DNA of 48,582 nt from the sequence record SRR22947725_211; one strand, given 5' to 3'. The notes below the pieces were generated by a model, which searched no databases, had not been told where the DNA came from, and saw only the letters and a program-made list of their open reading frames with translations. The translations under genes and the position numbers were made by a program. Below are positions 19,466-28,516 of the stretch, piece by piece (positions within the stretch are counted from its first letter, which is position 1; each line of letters begins with the position of its first letter).

Positions 19466-21403
19466 TCATTGCCCGTAGAAAGGATAAGTCTCCTCGAGTC
19501 TGGCAGGAACAAGACGGATGGCTTGCCCCCCTTGAGCCGTCATTGACGTCTCAAAGACGGTTCTCGAATCCACACGGTAACGATCAATCCTCACGTGTGT
19601 TCTCGTTTTGACCGATGGGTCATCGGAATAAATATGAGCAACATAGGTTTTGCCCTCGGGTAGAAAATGAAACGGCACGGACAAGGTCCGGGGCTCTCCG
19701 CTGTTCATGCAACCGACAAACCAATCTTCACCACTCCTTCGGGCCAAAACCGCATAGTCACCAATCGCACCATGCATGACCTTGGTATCATCCCAAACAG
19801 TCGGCACATGATCATAAAATTCCAGTTCCGGCTCATTGCCAACCACCCCCTTCTGCCCCCCGGCGCCACCTTTGCGTCGAGGCGATCCTGGAGGCCTGTC
19901 ATACCAGTATAGAAACTGCCAGGGACTGTAGAAACAAACGGCCTTGGCCAGCTGATAGGCATGCGAAGCGTTTCGAATCACTCGATCGTCATAATAACAA
20001 AGGGTGTTGTCCCCTGCTCCGGCCAGCATCCGTGTAAACAGTATTGTCAAGGTTTGCTCATTGGAGGGCGCGGTTTCATCGCCACCAATGCCTTCCTGAG
20101 TCATGAAATTCGGATAGGTGCGGCTGTATCCGGTGGGTCGATATTCGTCATGCACGTCCACCATTAACTGGTGATCTGCAGCTTTTCGGATCGCTTCGTG
20201 CAGCCAGGTGGTCGCCTTCTGGGTTCCGACGCTCACAAAACCATACTTCAATCCCTTGATACCCCAATCTCGATACAAAGGTAAAAGCTCATCGAGCTGT
20301 CGTTCCAGGGCCCTGCGGTTGACATATAATAAAATACCGATATCACGTTCCCTGGCATAACGAATCACTTGCGGTAGATCCAGTGGCCCTGGTGAACGCG
20401 CAGGATCCAAAGTCACTGTCCGCGCATCGGAAGCTTCACTATTTTCCGGTCCATACCACCCAGCATCAAACTCAACATATTGAAGTTGATGCTCCACGGC
20501 GAAATCCACGCAGGCCTTACCTCCCTGCGTGGTCAACGTTACCTCTCGGATGACTTTACCGGGGCGAATCCAGGAACAGTCCTCAATCGCATTCGGCGTA
20601 TTGAGGTTCAAGATCAAATCATTGTTCTCCAGCAATTCACCCGGACTTTGCCCCAGCAGGATCACACGCCAGGGGCTGACAGCCGGCAGAGAAACGATCA
20701 CATCGCCACTCAAGTCACTGACGATGGCATGAGGGCGCGTTTCATGTTGACGCAATCTCATCCGTGCATAATCAACCAAACCCGCTTCAGCAATGGCGAT
20801 ATAACAACCCTCTTGCGTCTTCAAGGTCAATGGCCGTTCCACACCACGCCCTATGGTGTCTATCGTTTTCAAGACATACTTGCCTTGAGCTGAGTACACG
20901 CACCAGGCAGCGTGATTATTTTCAAACGCAAATTCCGTAAGCTCTTCGTCAATGTGAATGGCTCCGCTGGTGCCCTGTCGGGGGAGTCGATAACAGAGGG
21001 CTACACCCTGATCGTAGCACCGGAAGATGCATTCCAGAATAACGCCACCAGCATCCCTGCGTGAAAGCGACACTTTTAACTGATTGTAGTGATCCTGCAC
21101 CTGACTGCGCTCACCATAAACCGGCTTCCACAGAGCGTTGTGTTCAGTGAACTGAGTGGATTGAACACTTAGATCGTGAGTCAACGCATCGGCATCTGCA
21201 AACGCCAGACCAAGACGAGAGGGTTTCACAATGCGTTCACCTCGGTAGGATACTTCATAAACAGGACAATGATCTAGATCCCCCAGCGACCTGAGTTCGA
21301 AGTTCAATGAAATATTGCCATCCGGCGATGACAGGGAGGCGCCAGAGAGTTCAACTGCAAACCAACCGGGCAGGCAACAAAGTAAATAAAGCAATATTCT
21401 CAT
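19466..21403 (-). CDS. Glycoside hydrolase family 97 (alpha-glucosidase/alpha-galactosidase), secreted
   Basis: Signal peptide, SPDG N-terminus, SPWRVI, WIRPGK, DAGWY, WGIKGLKYGFV, PTGYSRTYPN, PTVWDDTK and ARRSGEDWFVG. Confidence 0.92.
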   Translation of the reverse strand: MRILLYLLCCLPGWFAVELSGASLSSPDGNISLNFELRSLGDLDHCPVYEVSYRGERIVKPSRLGLAFADADALTHDLSVQSTQFTEHNALWKPVYGERSQVQDHYNQLKVSLSRRDAGGVILECIFRCYDQGVALCYRLPRQGTSGAIHIDEELTEFAFENNHAAWCVYSAQGKYVLKTIDTIGRGVERPLTLKTQEGCYIAIAEAGLVDYARMRLRQHETRPHAIVSDLSGDVIVSLPAVSPWRVILLGQSPGELLENNDLILNLNTPNAIEDCSWIRPGKVIREVTLTTQGGKACVDFAVEHQLQYVEFDAGWYGPENSEASDARTVTLDPARSPGPLDLPQVIRYARERDIGILLYVNRRALERQLDELLPLYRDWGIKGLKYGFVSVGTQKATTWLHEAIRKAADHQLMVDVHDEYRPTGYSRTYPNFMTQEGIGGDETAPSNEQTLTILFTRMLAGAGDNTLCYYDDRVIRNASHAYQLAKAVCFYSPWQFLYWYDRPPGSPRRKGGAGGQKGVVGNEPELEFYDHVPTVWDDTKVMHGAIGDYAVLARRSGEDWFVGCMNSGEPRTLSVPFHFLPEGKTYVAHIYSDDPSVKTRTHVRIDRYRVDSRTVFETSMTAQGGQAIRLVPARLEETYPFYGQ

Positions 21404-21607
21404 TTTATTTGTTTTTTGAAGAGTAACTACAATCACTTTTCCTTCAACAGACATTTAAGTTTTCAGAAGCAAGAACACCCGTGCTACAGAATGCCTTGAG
21501 ATCAAAGGCTCGAGCGAAACCAGAAGGCTACGCAAAGAAATGTAACATTCAATGGAATATCATCTTTTGCTTAACCTCAATAACAACCATTCTTTGAAGG
21601 ATTTGAT

Positions 21608-21654
21608 AAAAAAACACCTGCAATCATCCGAGGATGACAACAGGTGCTTTTTTT
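21608..21654. terminator. Rho-independent terminator (bidirectional form) downstream of the sulfatase
   Basis: A7-cacctg-caa-tcatc-cgag-gatga-caa-caggtg-c-T7 hairpin flanked by A and T tracts. Confidence 0.8.
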
Positions 21655-21676
21655 AAAGAAAATCGAGATGCTTTAT

Positions 21677-23278
21677 CTACTTGCTGCCTCTCATCTTCGC
21701 CTTCCACGTATCCGGCTTTTCGGAGATATCACTGTCGTCTTCATAATGCCTTTGCAATTCAGATAATTGATTTTTCAAATCGAAGCTCAACTGAGCATAC
21801 TCGTTTCTACCATAGATATTGGTCAATTCATCCGGATCGGTTTCAAGATCATAGAGTTCCCATTCCTCACCAAATTGATAAAAGTGCATTAATTTGTAGC
21901 GCTCGGTCCGTATCCCATAATGACGCGGCACCATGTGGACACTCGGATATTCGTAGTAATGGTAGTATATGCTCTTGCGCCAGTTCGCAGGAGTTTTTCC
22001 CTGCAGCAGCGGAACGAGTGAGGCGCCCTGCATGTCTTCGGGAATGGTAGCTCCGGCCATATCCAGGAAGGTCTGACCGTAATCCAGGTTTTGAATCATC
22101 ATGGTATTCCGCGAACCGGCCTGAGTCACTCCCGGCCAATACGCAATGAAAGGCATCTTCAGCGATTCCTCATACATCCAGCGCTTGTCGTACCATCCGT
22201 GGTCTCCGATGTAGAACCCCTGATCGGAGCTGTAGATCACGATTGTGTTTTCGTCCAGATCAAGCTCCTTCAACGTATCTCTCAGACGCCCGATACTTTC
22301 ATCGACTCCCTTGATACAGCGAAGGTAGTTTTTGGCATAGCGCTGGAATTTCCAGCGTACGAGATCCTTGCCTTCCAGGTTTGCCTCATGAAAAGCAGCA
22401 TCCTTCGGACCGTAAGCGGCTCTCCATTGACGAAGCTGTTCAGGAGACATGCGCTTCATATTGTGCCAGGCGGACCGATCCTGCCGTTTCTGCGAAGGGG
22501 GTTGATTGAACTCAGGAGTCAGGTCTACAAACAGGTCATAATTGAGATCCATGTGCCGATCGATTTCCAGTTCCTGAAAACGTGCTGGAGGCGCATTATC
22601 CTCGTATCGGTCAAAGAGCGTTGCAGGCTCTGGAATGTTCACGTCGTCATACAAATCCAAATGACGCAGAGCAGGCATCCAGTTTCTGTGTGGGGCCTTG
22701 TGCTGAACCATCATCACGAACGGACGATCGGCATCACGTTTTTCCTTGAGCCAATCAACGGCAAGATCGGTGACAACATCAGTGCAATACCCATCAACAC
22801 GGCGACGTCCGTTTGGAAAAATCATATCAGGATTGTAGTAAAGCCCTTGCCCTGGAAGCACAGCCCAGTCATCGAATCCTTGAGGACGCCCCTTGAGGTG
22901 ACTCTTGCCGTAAAGAGCAGTTTGATAGCCAGATCCGCGAAGGATTTTGGGGAAAATCTGCTGATTCCAGTCGAAGCTGTTCCCATTGTTCATGAATCCG
23001 TTCTTGTGACTGTGTTTGCCTGACAGAATCACGGCTCGACTCGGACCACAGATGGAATTGGAACAAAAGCTGTTTTCAAAAAGCATCCCTTGAGATGCAA
23101 GCTGATCGATATTTGGCGTGGGGTTGACCGATTTCAACCAACCATTGTAGGCACCAATGGCATGAGGGGCATGATCATCGGTGAATACAAAAAGAATATT
23201 GGGACGCTTGTCCTGAGCCTGTGAAAGGCAGATAAACAACGTCAAAAACAGAAGTATGTACGGGTTTTTATTTTTCAT
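21677..23278 (-). CDS. Formylglycine-dependent sulfatase (S1 family), secreted
   Basis: RPNILFVFTDDH, Cys-type CGPSRA motif, YGKSH, HKAPHR, SDQGF, DKRWMYEES and YDLETDPDE; signal peptide from M at 23278. Confidence 0.95.
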   Translation of the reverse strand: MKNKNPYILLFLTLFICLSQAQDKRPNILFVFTDDHAPHAIGAYNGWLKSVNPTPNIDQLASQGMLFENSFCSNSICGPSRAVILSGKHSHKNGFMNNGNSFDWNQQIFPKILRGSGYQTALYGKSHLKGRPQGFDDWAVLPGQGLYYNPDMIFPNGRRRVDGYCTDVVTDLAVDWLKEKRDADRPFVMMVQHKAPHRNWMPALRHLDLYDDVNIPEPATLFDRYEDNAPPARFQELEIDRHMDLNYDLFVDLTPEFNQPPSQKRQDRSAWHNMKRMSPEQLRQWRAAYGPKDAAFHEANLEGKDLVRWKFQRYAKNYLRCIKGVDESIGRLRDTLKELDLDENTIVIYSSDQGFYIGDHGWYDKRWMYEESLKMPFIAYWPGVTQAGSRNTMMIQNLDYGQTFLDMAGATIPEDMQGASLVPLLQGKTPANWRKSIYYHYYEYPSVHMVPRHYGIRTERYKLMHFYQFGEEWELYDLETDPDELTNIYGRNEYAQLSFDLKNQLSELQRHYEDDSDISEKPDTWKAKMRGSK

Positions 23279-23380
23279 GATATGACAAAATGTTTGAAGG
23301 ATTGTTACCATTACTCCTTAAAAAAGCGATTCCAACTTTTTTGAGGAGTCTGTTTCATTTTGATTGATTGGGATGATCCC

Positions 23381-23566
23381 ATTTTTACGCAGATTTTTCT
23401 GGATGATTCCTCTATCGAGGTTTTTGGCAATCATGGAGAAACGGTCCTGTCCGAGCGCATCTTCCCCTCGCCTGACAATATCTCGATAGAATATTTTTCT
23501 AAAGGAGGTGATTCAAAGATCAGCTCGCTGAGGGCCCGGAACCTGAAATCCATCTGGCACCCGTAA
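23381..23566 (+). pseudogene. Remnant of a GH32 (levanase/invertase) C-terminal beta-sandwich
   Basis: IFLDDSSIEVFGNHGETVLSERIFP...LKSIW matches the GH32 C-terminal D.SS.EVF.N.G...IFP...SIW pattern. No catalytic domain or good start lies upstream. Confidence 0.75.
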
Positions 23567-23593
23567 AAGTCTAAAGGAACATTCGGACAGCAA

Positions 23594-25096
23594 TCAAGCC
23601 ATCTGGGCAAGCTCTTCCTCTACTTCGACAATTTCCCGAATCTGCACCAGGAACCAAGGATCGATCATCGTGAGCTTGTGGATCTCTTCCATGGTAAAAC
23701 CTGCTCGGTAAGCATGACGGATGAAGAAGATACGTTCCGCGTTGGGGACACTCAGCTTCTGCGTAATGACCTCACGCGGCAGGATATCCAGATCTCCATA
23801 AGTGTTTTCACCGAGGCGCCATGGTTTGCCGTCGCCCCCCAGACCTGCACGCCCAATTTCCATTGATCTCAAGCATTTTTGGAGTGACTCCTTGAATGTT
23901 CGGCCAATCGCCATCGCTTCTCCAACGGATTTCATCTGAGTCGTGAGCGTCGGATCAGCTTGAGGAAATTTCTCGAATGTAAATCGAGGTATCTTGGTAA
24001 CGACGTAATCAATAGTTGGCTCGAAACTCGCCGGTGTTACACGCGTGATATCATTTCTGATTTCGTCGAGGGTGTAACCAACAGCCAATTTGGCCGCAAT
24101 TTTGGCGATGGGAAAACCTGTTGCCTTGGAAGCAAGAGCAGAGGATCTTGAAACGCGAGGATTCATTTCAATGACCACCAAGCGACCATTCTTTGGATTG
24201 ACCGCGAACTGAATATTGGATCCACCCGTTTCCACCCCGATCTCACGGATCACGGCAAAGGAAGCATCCCGCATGATCTGATATTCCTTGTCAGTTAAAG
24301 TCTGTGTAGGCGCCACCGTGATGGAGTCACCCGTGTGCACGCCCATGGGGTCAAAGTTCTCAATGCCACAGATGATCACGCAATTATCTGCATGATCCCG
24401 CATGACTTCCATTTCGAACTCCTTCCATCCCAGAAGTGATTCCTCGATCAGGATTTCAGAGACTGGAGATAACTCACAGCCTCGCTTGCAGATTGTCTCA
24501 TATTCGCCCCAGTTGTAGGCAATACCGCCGCCTGATCCCCCCAGCGTGTAAGCGGGGCGGATGATGAGGGGGAATTTACCAATATCTTTGGCGATCGCTT
24601 CGGATTCTTCCCAGTTGTGAGCGACTCCACTGACGGCAACGTCCAGTCCAATTTTCAGCATGGCCTCCTTGAAAGCCTGACGGTCCTCGCCTTTTTCGAT
24701 GGCGTCGGGCTGCGCACCGATCAATTCGATCTCGAGCTTGTCCAGCATGCCGCTTCGATGCATGTCCATCGCCAGATTCAAAGCAGTTTGCCCCCCAAGC
24801 GTCGGAAGGATGACTAACTTTCCTTTCGCCCCCATGTCTTTCATGATCTGTTGCTCCAGCTCAATGATTTTAACCACTGTTTCGGGGTTGATGGGTTCAA
24901 TATAAGTACGATCCGCAAATTCGGGATCCGTCATGATCGTCGCTGGATTCGAATTCAGCAACACCACACGAAACCCTTCCTCTTTCAAGGCTTTGCAGGC
25001 TTGAGTGCCTGAATAGTCAAATTCGCAGGCTTGCCCAATGACAATGGGGCCTGCACCAATGATCAACACTGAATGGATGTCCGTTCTTTTCGGCAT
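23594..25096 (-). CDS. carB: Carbamoyl-phosphate synthase large subunit, N-terminal half only (500 aa)
   Basis: [62 protein letters not shown] and IDPWFL. It stops after EEELAQMA, whereas full CarB is about 1070 aa. Confidence 0.93.
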   Translation of the reverse strand: MPKRTDIHSVLIIGAGPIVIGQACEFDYSGTQACKALKEEGFRVVLLNSNPATIMTDPEFADRTYIEPINPETVVKIIELEQQIMKDMGAKGKLVILPTLGGQTALNLAMDMHRSGMLDKLEIELIGAQPDAIEKGEDRQAFKEAMLKIGLDVAVSGVAHNWEESEAIAKDIGKFPLIIRPAYTLGGSGGGIAYNWGEYETICKRGCELSPVSEILIEESLLGWKEFEMEVMRDHADNCVIICGIENFDPMGVHTGDSITVAPTQTLTDKEYQIMRDASFAVIREIGVETGGSNIQFAVNPKNGRLVVIEMNPRVSRSSALASKATGFPIAKIAAKLAVGYTLDEIRNDITRVTPASFEPTIDYVVTKIPRFTFEKFPQADPTLTTQMKSVGEAMAIGRTFKESLQKCLRSMEIGRAGLGGDGKPWRLGENTYGDLDILPREVITQKLSVPNAERIFFIRHAYRAGFTMEEIHKLTMIDPWFLVQIREIVEVEEELAQMA

Positions 25097-25203
25097 ACGG
25101 CTTACAATTAAAAGCAGAACTCAAACTTTGTCAGTCATTTTCTATTCATTTCCTCGCTGATGTTCGGTAGGTTGCATTGATTCACCCAACCCAGGAAATC
25201 GCC

Positions 25204-26535
25204 ATGAACAGAAGAAATGCATTGAAAGGTTTAGGCATGGGCGCATTTGGAGCACTTGGCTTTAATGCCTCGGCACCCGGTGCCTGTGCCGACCAGATCC
25301 AGAACGCCTCCAAAGGTCTCGAACCCTTGAAAATCACCAAGGTAAGAGCCATCACGACAAGCCCCATGAGCGCTCGACTGGTCATCATCAAAGTAGAAAC
25401 CAGTGAACCTGGTCTCTACGGAATTGGTTGCGGCACCTACAACCAACGACCTCTGACCGTCGTCACGGCGGTCGATGAGTATCTGGATGAATTTGCAAGA
25501 GGCAGGGATGTCGATGACATTGAAGACATGTGGCAGAACGCCTATACGAGCTCCTACTGGCGAAACGGGCCTGTTTTGAACAACGCACTGAGCGGGCTCG
25601 ACATGGCACTGTGGGATATCAAGGGCAAACGAGCCAACATGCCCGTTTACCAGCTTCTGGGAGGCAGATCCCGCTTTGCGGTGGATTGCTATTCGCATGC
25701 CAGCGGACGTGATTTCAAGGCACTGGAGGACAGTGTCAAATCCAAGATGGAAGAAGGCTATCGGCATATCCGCATTCAACTGGGTGGATATGGCTCGACG
25801 CACCTCTCCACGGAACCGCATTATAAGAAGGGAGGTTTTGGGTTGGATTCGGATGGACACATGGATTCGTTGCCTTACCTGCGCGCCACGCCCAAAATGT
25901 TCGAACATATCCGATCGACATGTGGAGAGGCGATTGAATTGCTGCACGATGTTCATGAACGCATTGAACCCATTGAAGCGATTGGCCTGCTCAAGGAACT
26001 CGAGCAATACCGCCCCTTTTTCATCGAAGATCCATTGGCACCTGAGCAAAACGGTTATTTCAAAAACCTGCGCGCCCAAACCAGCGTCCCCATTGCCATG
26101 GGTGAACTTTTCAATAATCCTCATGAATGGGTTGACCTCATCACGGATCGACTGATTGATTTTATTCGCGTTCATATCACACAAGTCGGTGGTTTCACTC
26201 CGGCCCGAAAACTCGCGACTTTGGGAGAATGGTTTGGGGTGCGCACCGCCTGGCATGGTCCCGGTGACTTGTCACCTGTGGGTCATGCCGCCAATGCGCA
26301 CCTGGACATGAACATCCATAACTTCGGTATTCAGGAAAGTGTGCACTTCAATGAGGCCATGCGCGAAGTTTTCCCCGGTGCACCCACCATGAAAAACGGC
26401 TATATGCACGTCAACGACGCGCCCGGATTTGGAATCGATATCAACGAAAAAGCGGCGGCAAAATATCCATATCCGGATCACCCGGGATATTGGACGCCCG
26501 TCAGGAGAAGGGACGGAACAGCCGTGAGGCCCTGA
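25204..26535 (+). CDS. Enolase-superfamily sugar-acid dehydratase (ManD/RspA-like) with twin-arginine signal peptide
   Basis: YWRNGPV, DMALWDIKGK, LLHDVHER, FIEDP, MGE, WHGPGD, IQE and PGFGID; N-terminus MNRRNALKGLG...ACA. Confidence 0.9.
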   Translation: MNRRNALKGLGMGAFGALGFNASAPGACADQIQNASKGLEPLKITKVRAITTSPMSARLVIIKVETSEPGLYGIGCGTYNQRPLTVVTAVDEYLDEFARGRDVDDIEDMWQNAYTSSYWRNGPVLNNALSGLDMALWDIKGKRANMPVYQLLGGRSRFAVDCYSHASGRDFKALEDSVKSKMEEGYRHIRIQLGGYGSTHLSTEPHYKKGGFGLDSDGHMDSLPYLRATPKMFEHIRSTCGEAIELLHDVHERIEPIEAIGLLKELEQYRPFFIEDPLAPEQNGYFKNLRAQTSVPIAMGELFNNPHEWVDLITDRLIDFIRVHITQVGGFTPARKLATLGEWFGVRTAWHGPGDLSPVGHAANAHLDMNIHNFGIQESVHFNEAMREVFPGAPTMKNGYMHVNDAPGFGIDINEKAAAKYPYPDHPGYWTPVRRRDGTAVRP

Positions 26536-26545
26536 GCAATTTCCC

Positions 26546-27775
26546 ATGACACATAATTTAGCTCTTTCCATCCGTCTGATCTTCTTGCTTGCCTCACTCT
26601 CGTTATGGCATGGGCTCAACGCGGAATGGAACCGTCACACGATCGACGATACTTCGAACGGTGCGGACGGCGTGCGCCTCGAGGACGTCAATGGGGACGG
26701 TTTGATGGATATCGCAACGGGATGGGAGGAAGGGGGTCTGGTCCGCATTTATTTGAACCCCGGCAAAGACAAGGTGCATTCACCCTGGCCATCTGTCACC
26801 GTGGGACATGTCAAATCCCCAGAGGATGCTGTATTCGCCGACATGGACGGTGATGGCATCATGGATGTCGTGAGCTCCTGCGAAGGAAGAACAAAATCGG
26901 TTTTTGTGCACTGGGCGCCAAAGAACAAACATGATTATCTGAACGCATCGAAATGGGAAACCGAAGCCATTCCGAGTCTGGAGAAAGTATCCATGTGGAT
27001 GTTCTGCCAACCGGCACGGATTGACAAGAATACTTCAATCGATCTGGTGGTCGGATCCAAGGGGGAAAAGGCATCCATAGGATGGCTGGAAGCTCCCCGT
27101 GAAGGTCGTTTATTGGAGGATTGGAAATGGCACCCCATTTACGAAGCCGGCTGGATCATGAGTATCATGACATTCGATGCTGACCATGATGGAGACCAGG
27201 ACATCCTCATTTCGGATCGAAGGAAGTCCAACAGCGGTGTGGTGCTTTTGGAAAACCCGCATGACAATGTTCAGGGGGAGCGACCTCTGACGTGGAAGGA
27301 GCACCGTGTCGGCCCCACGGGTAGTGAAGTGTTGTTCATCGATTATTCGCACCCGTCGCAGGAACCCAAGATGACTGTCTGGGCATCAGTGAAACCCAAT
27401 ATCATCTGGCAACTTAAGTCCCCGAATCCTTTCAGCGAAATATGGAAACGTGAAATCTTTCAAATGCCCGATTGGATGAGTCGATCCAAAGCGGTGCGCC
27501 ATGGAGACCTGAACATGGATGGCGGCATGGATCTTGTCGTGAATTGCGAAGGGGCTGAAGGAGGCAAATCCGGCATGGCTTGGTTCACACCAACATCCTC
27601 AATCAACGGACCCAAAGCAAAGCCCGCTTTTCATGACATCGCAGGACCGCAAGGCATCAAGTTCGATCGCATCGAATTGCTGGATCTGGACATGGATGGA
27701 GATCTCGATGTCATGACATGTGAAGAACGTGAAAATTTGGGGGTTGTTTGGTACGAGAACCCACATATCAAATGA
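26546..27775 (+). CDS. Secreted FG-GAP/VCBS repeat (beta-propeller) protein
   Basis: Signal peptide; repeats DVNGDGLMDI, DMDGDGIMDV, DADHDGDQDI, DLNMDGGMDL and DLDMDGDLDV; ends VWYENP. Confidence 0.88.
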   Translation: MTHNLALSIRLIFLLASLSLWHGLNAEWNRHTIDDTSNGADGVRLEDVNGDGLMDIATGWEEGGLVRIYLNPGKDKVHSPWPSVTVGHVKSPEDAVFADMDGDGIMDVVSSCEGRTKSVFVHWAPKNKHDYLNASKWETEAIPSLEKVSMWMFCQPARIDKNTSIDLVVGSKGEKASIGWLEAPREGRLLEDWKWHPIYEAGWIMSIMTFDADHDGDQDILISDRRKSNSGVVLLENPHDNVQGERPLTWKEHRVGPTGSEVLFIDYSHPSQEPKMTVWASVKPNIIWQLKSPNPFSEIWKREIFQMPDWMSRSKAVRHGDLNMDGGMDLVVNCEGAEGGKSGMAWFTPTSSINGPKAKPAFHDIAGPQGIKFDRIELLDLDMDGDLDVMTCEERENLGVVWYENPHIK

Positions 27776-28168
27776 GGTTAAAACGAATACCTACTTCTTT
27801 ATGATAGAGTTAGAGACCATCTTCAGCATCCTTATTTTGTCAGACATTTGGGATACCCTTGGAATTCAGGTGATTTTGTAAGGACTATTTCGCAGGCAAC
27901 TAACAAGGTGGTTTGAGTAACCTCTAAAACCCCTTAGAACGTTCATATCCTTTGTATAAAAGCGTTTTGACCGATATTGGATTGGATTATTACAACGAAC
28001 TTCTCAATCGCTTAGATGAAGTCTTCCTGAGCAAATTTGTGTTTCTGATAATGAGCATCACTCACAGATAATCGATAAGGGTTGTAAATTTCGACACTGT
28101 GAAAATTACGGTAAAAGAAACAAACATTTTTTTGGCAGGGTTCTGTCACGACCTCGTTTCCCTGTGTA

Positions 28169-28483
28169 ATGCAAATGAGATTACTACTACTCTTGGCCGT
28201 GGTGTCACTGATGGCTTATTCATTTTTCCCACACGCATCGGAAGACCCAAGGCCCGAAGCTAACAAGGACCTTGTCATAGCGGAATTCTCTGTTGACCCA
28301 GAAAGCAACGATGCAACGTTCTCCTTTGAAGCAAAGCCCGGTCATATTTATGCCATTGACCGCAGCACCACGCTACTCCCTGCTAGTTTAAGCTCAGCTG
28401 GATGGTTAGAGATTAACGACTCTCTGGTAGCTCAGTCTGAGATTCAATCATTTATCGACCATTCAACTGCATTTCGAATTTGA
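28169..28483 (+). CDS. Small secreted protein consisting almost only of a Verrucomicrobia-type C-terminal beta-sandwich domain
   Basis: Signal peptide followed by ATFSFEAKPGHIYAIDRSTTL...W...SFID...FRI, the same pattern as the tail of 44590-46137. Confidence 0.6.
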   Translation: MQMRLLLLLAVVSLMAYSFFPHASEDPRPEANKDLVIAEFSVDPESNDATFSFEAKPGHIYAIDRSTTLLPASLSSAGWLEINDSLVAQSEIQSFIDHSTAFRI

Positions 28484-28516
28484 CCCTTTTGTAAAACTGC
28501 ACAAAATGAAAGGGTC

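Noticed and set aside
22091-23023. 310-aa plus-strand ORF
   Set aside because: It is antisense to the well-supported sulfatase.
23513-23596. Possible UGA readthrough of carB
   Set aside because: Only 26 codons precede the next stop, they show no convincing CarB similarity, and they overlap the GH32 remnant on the other strand.
25231-26256. 341-aa minus-strand ORF
   Set aside because: It is antisense to the enolase-family gene, a codon-bias shadow.
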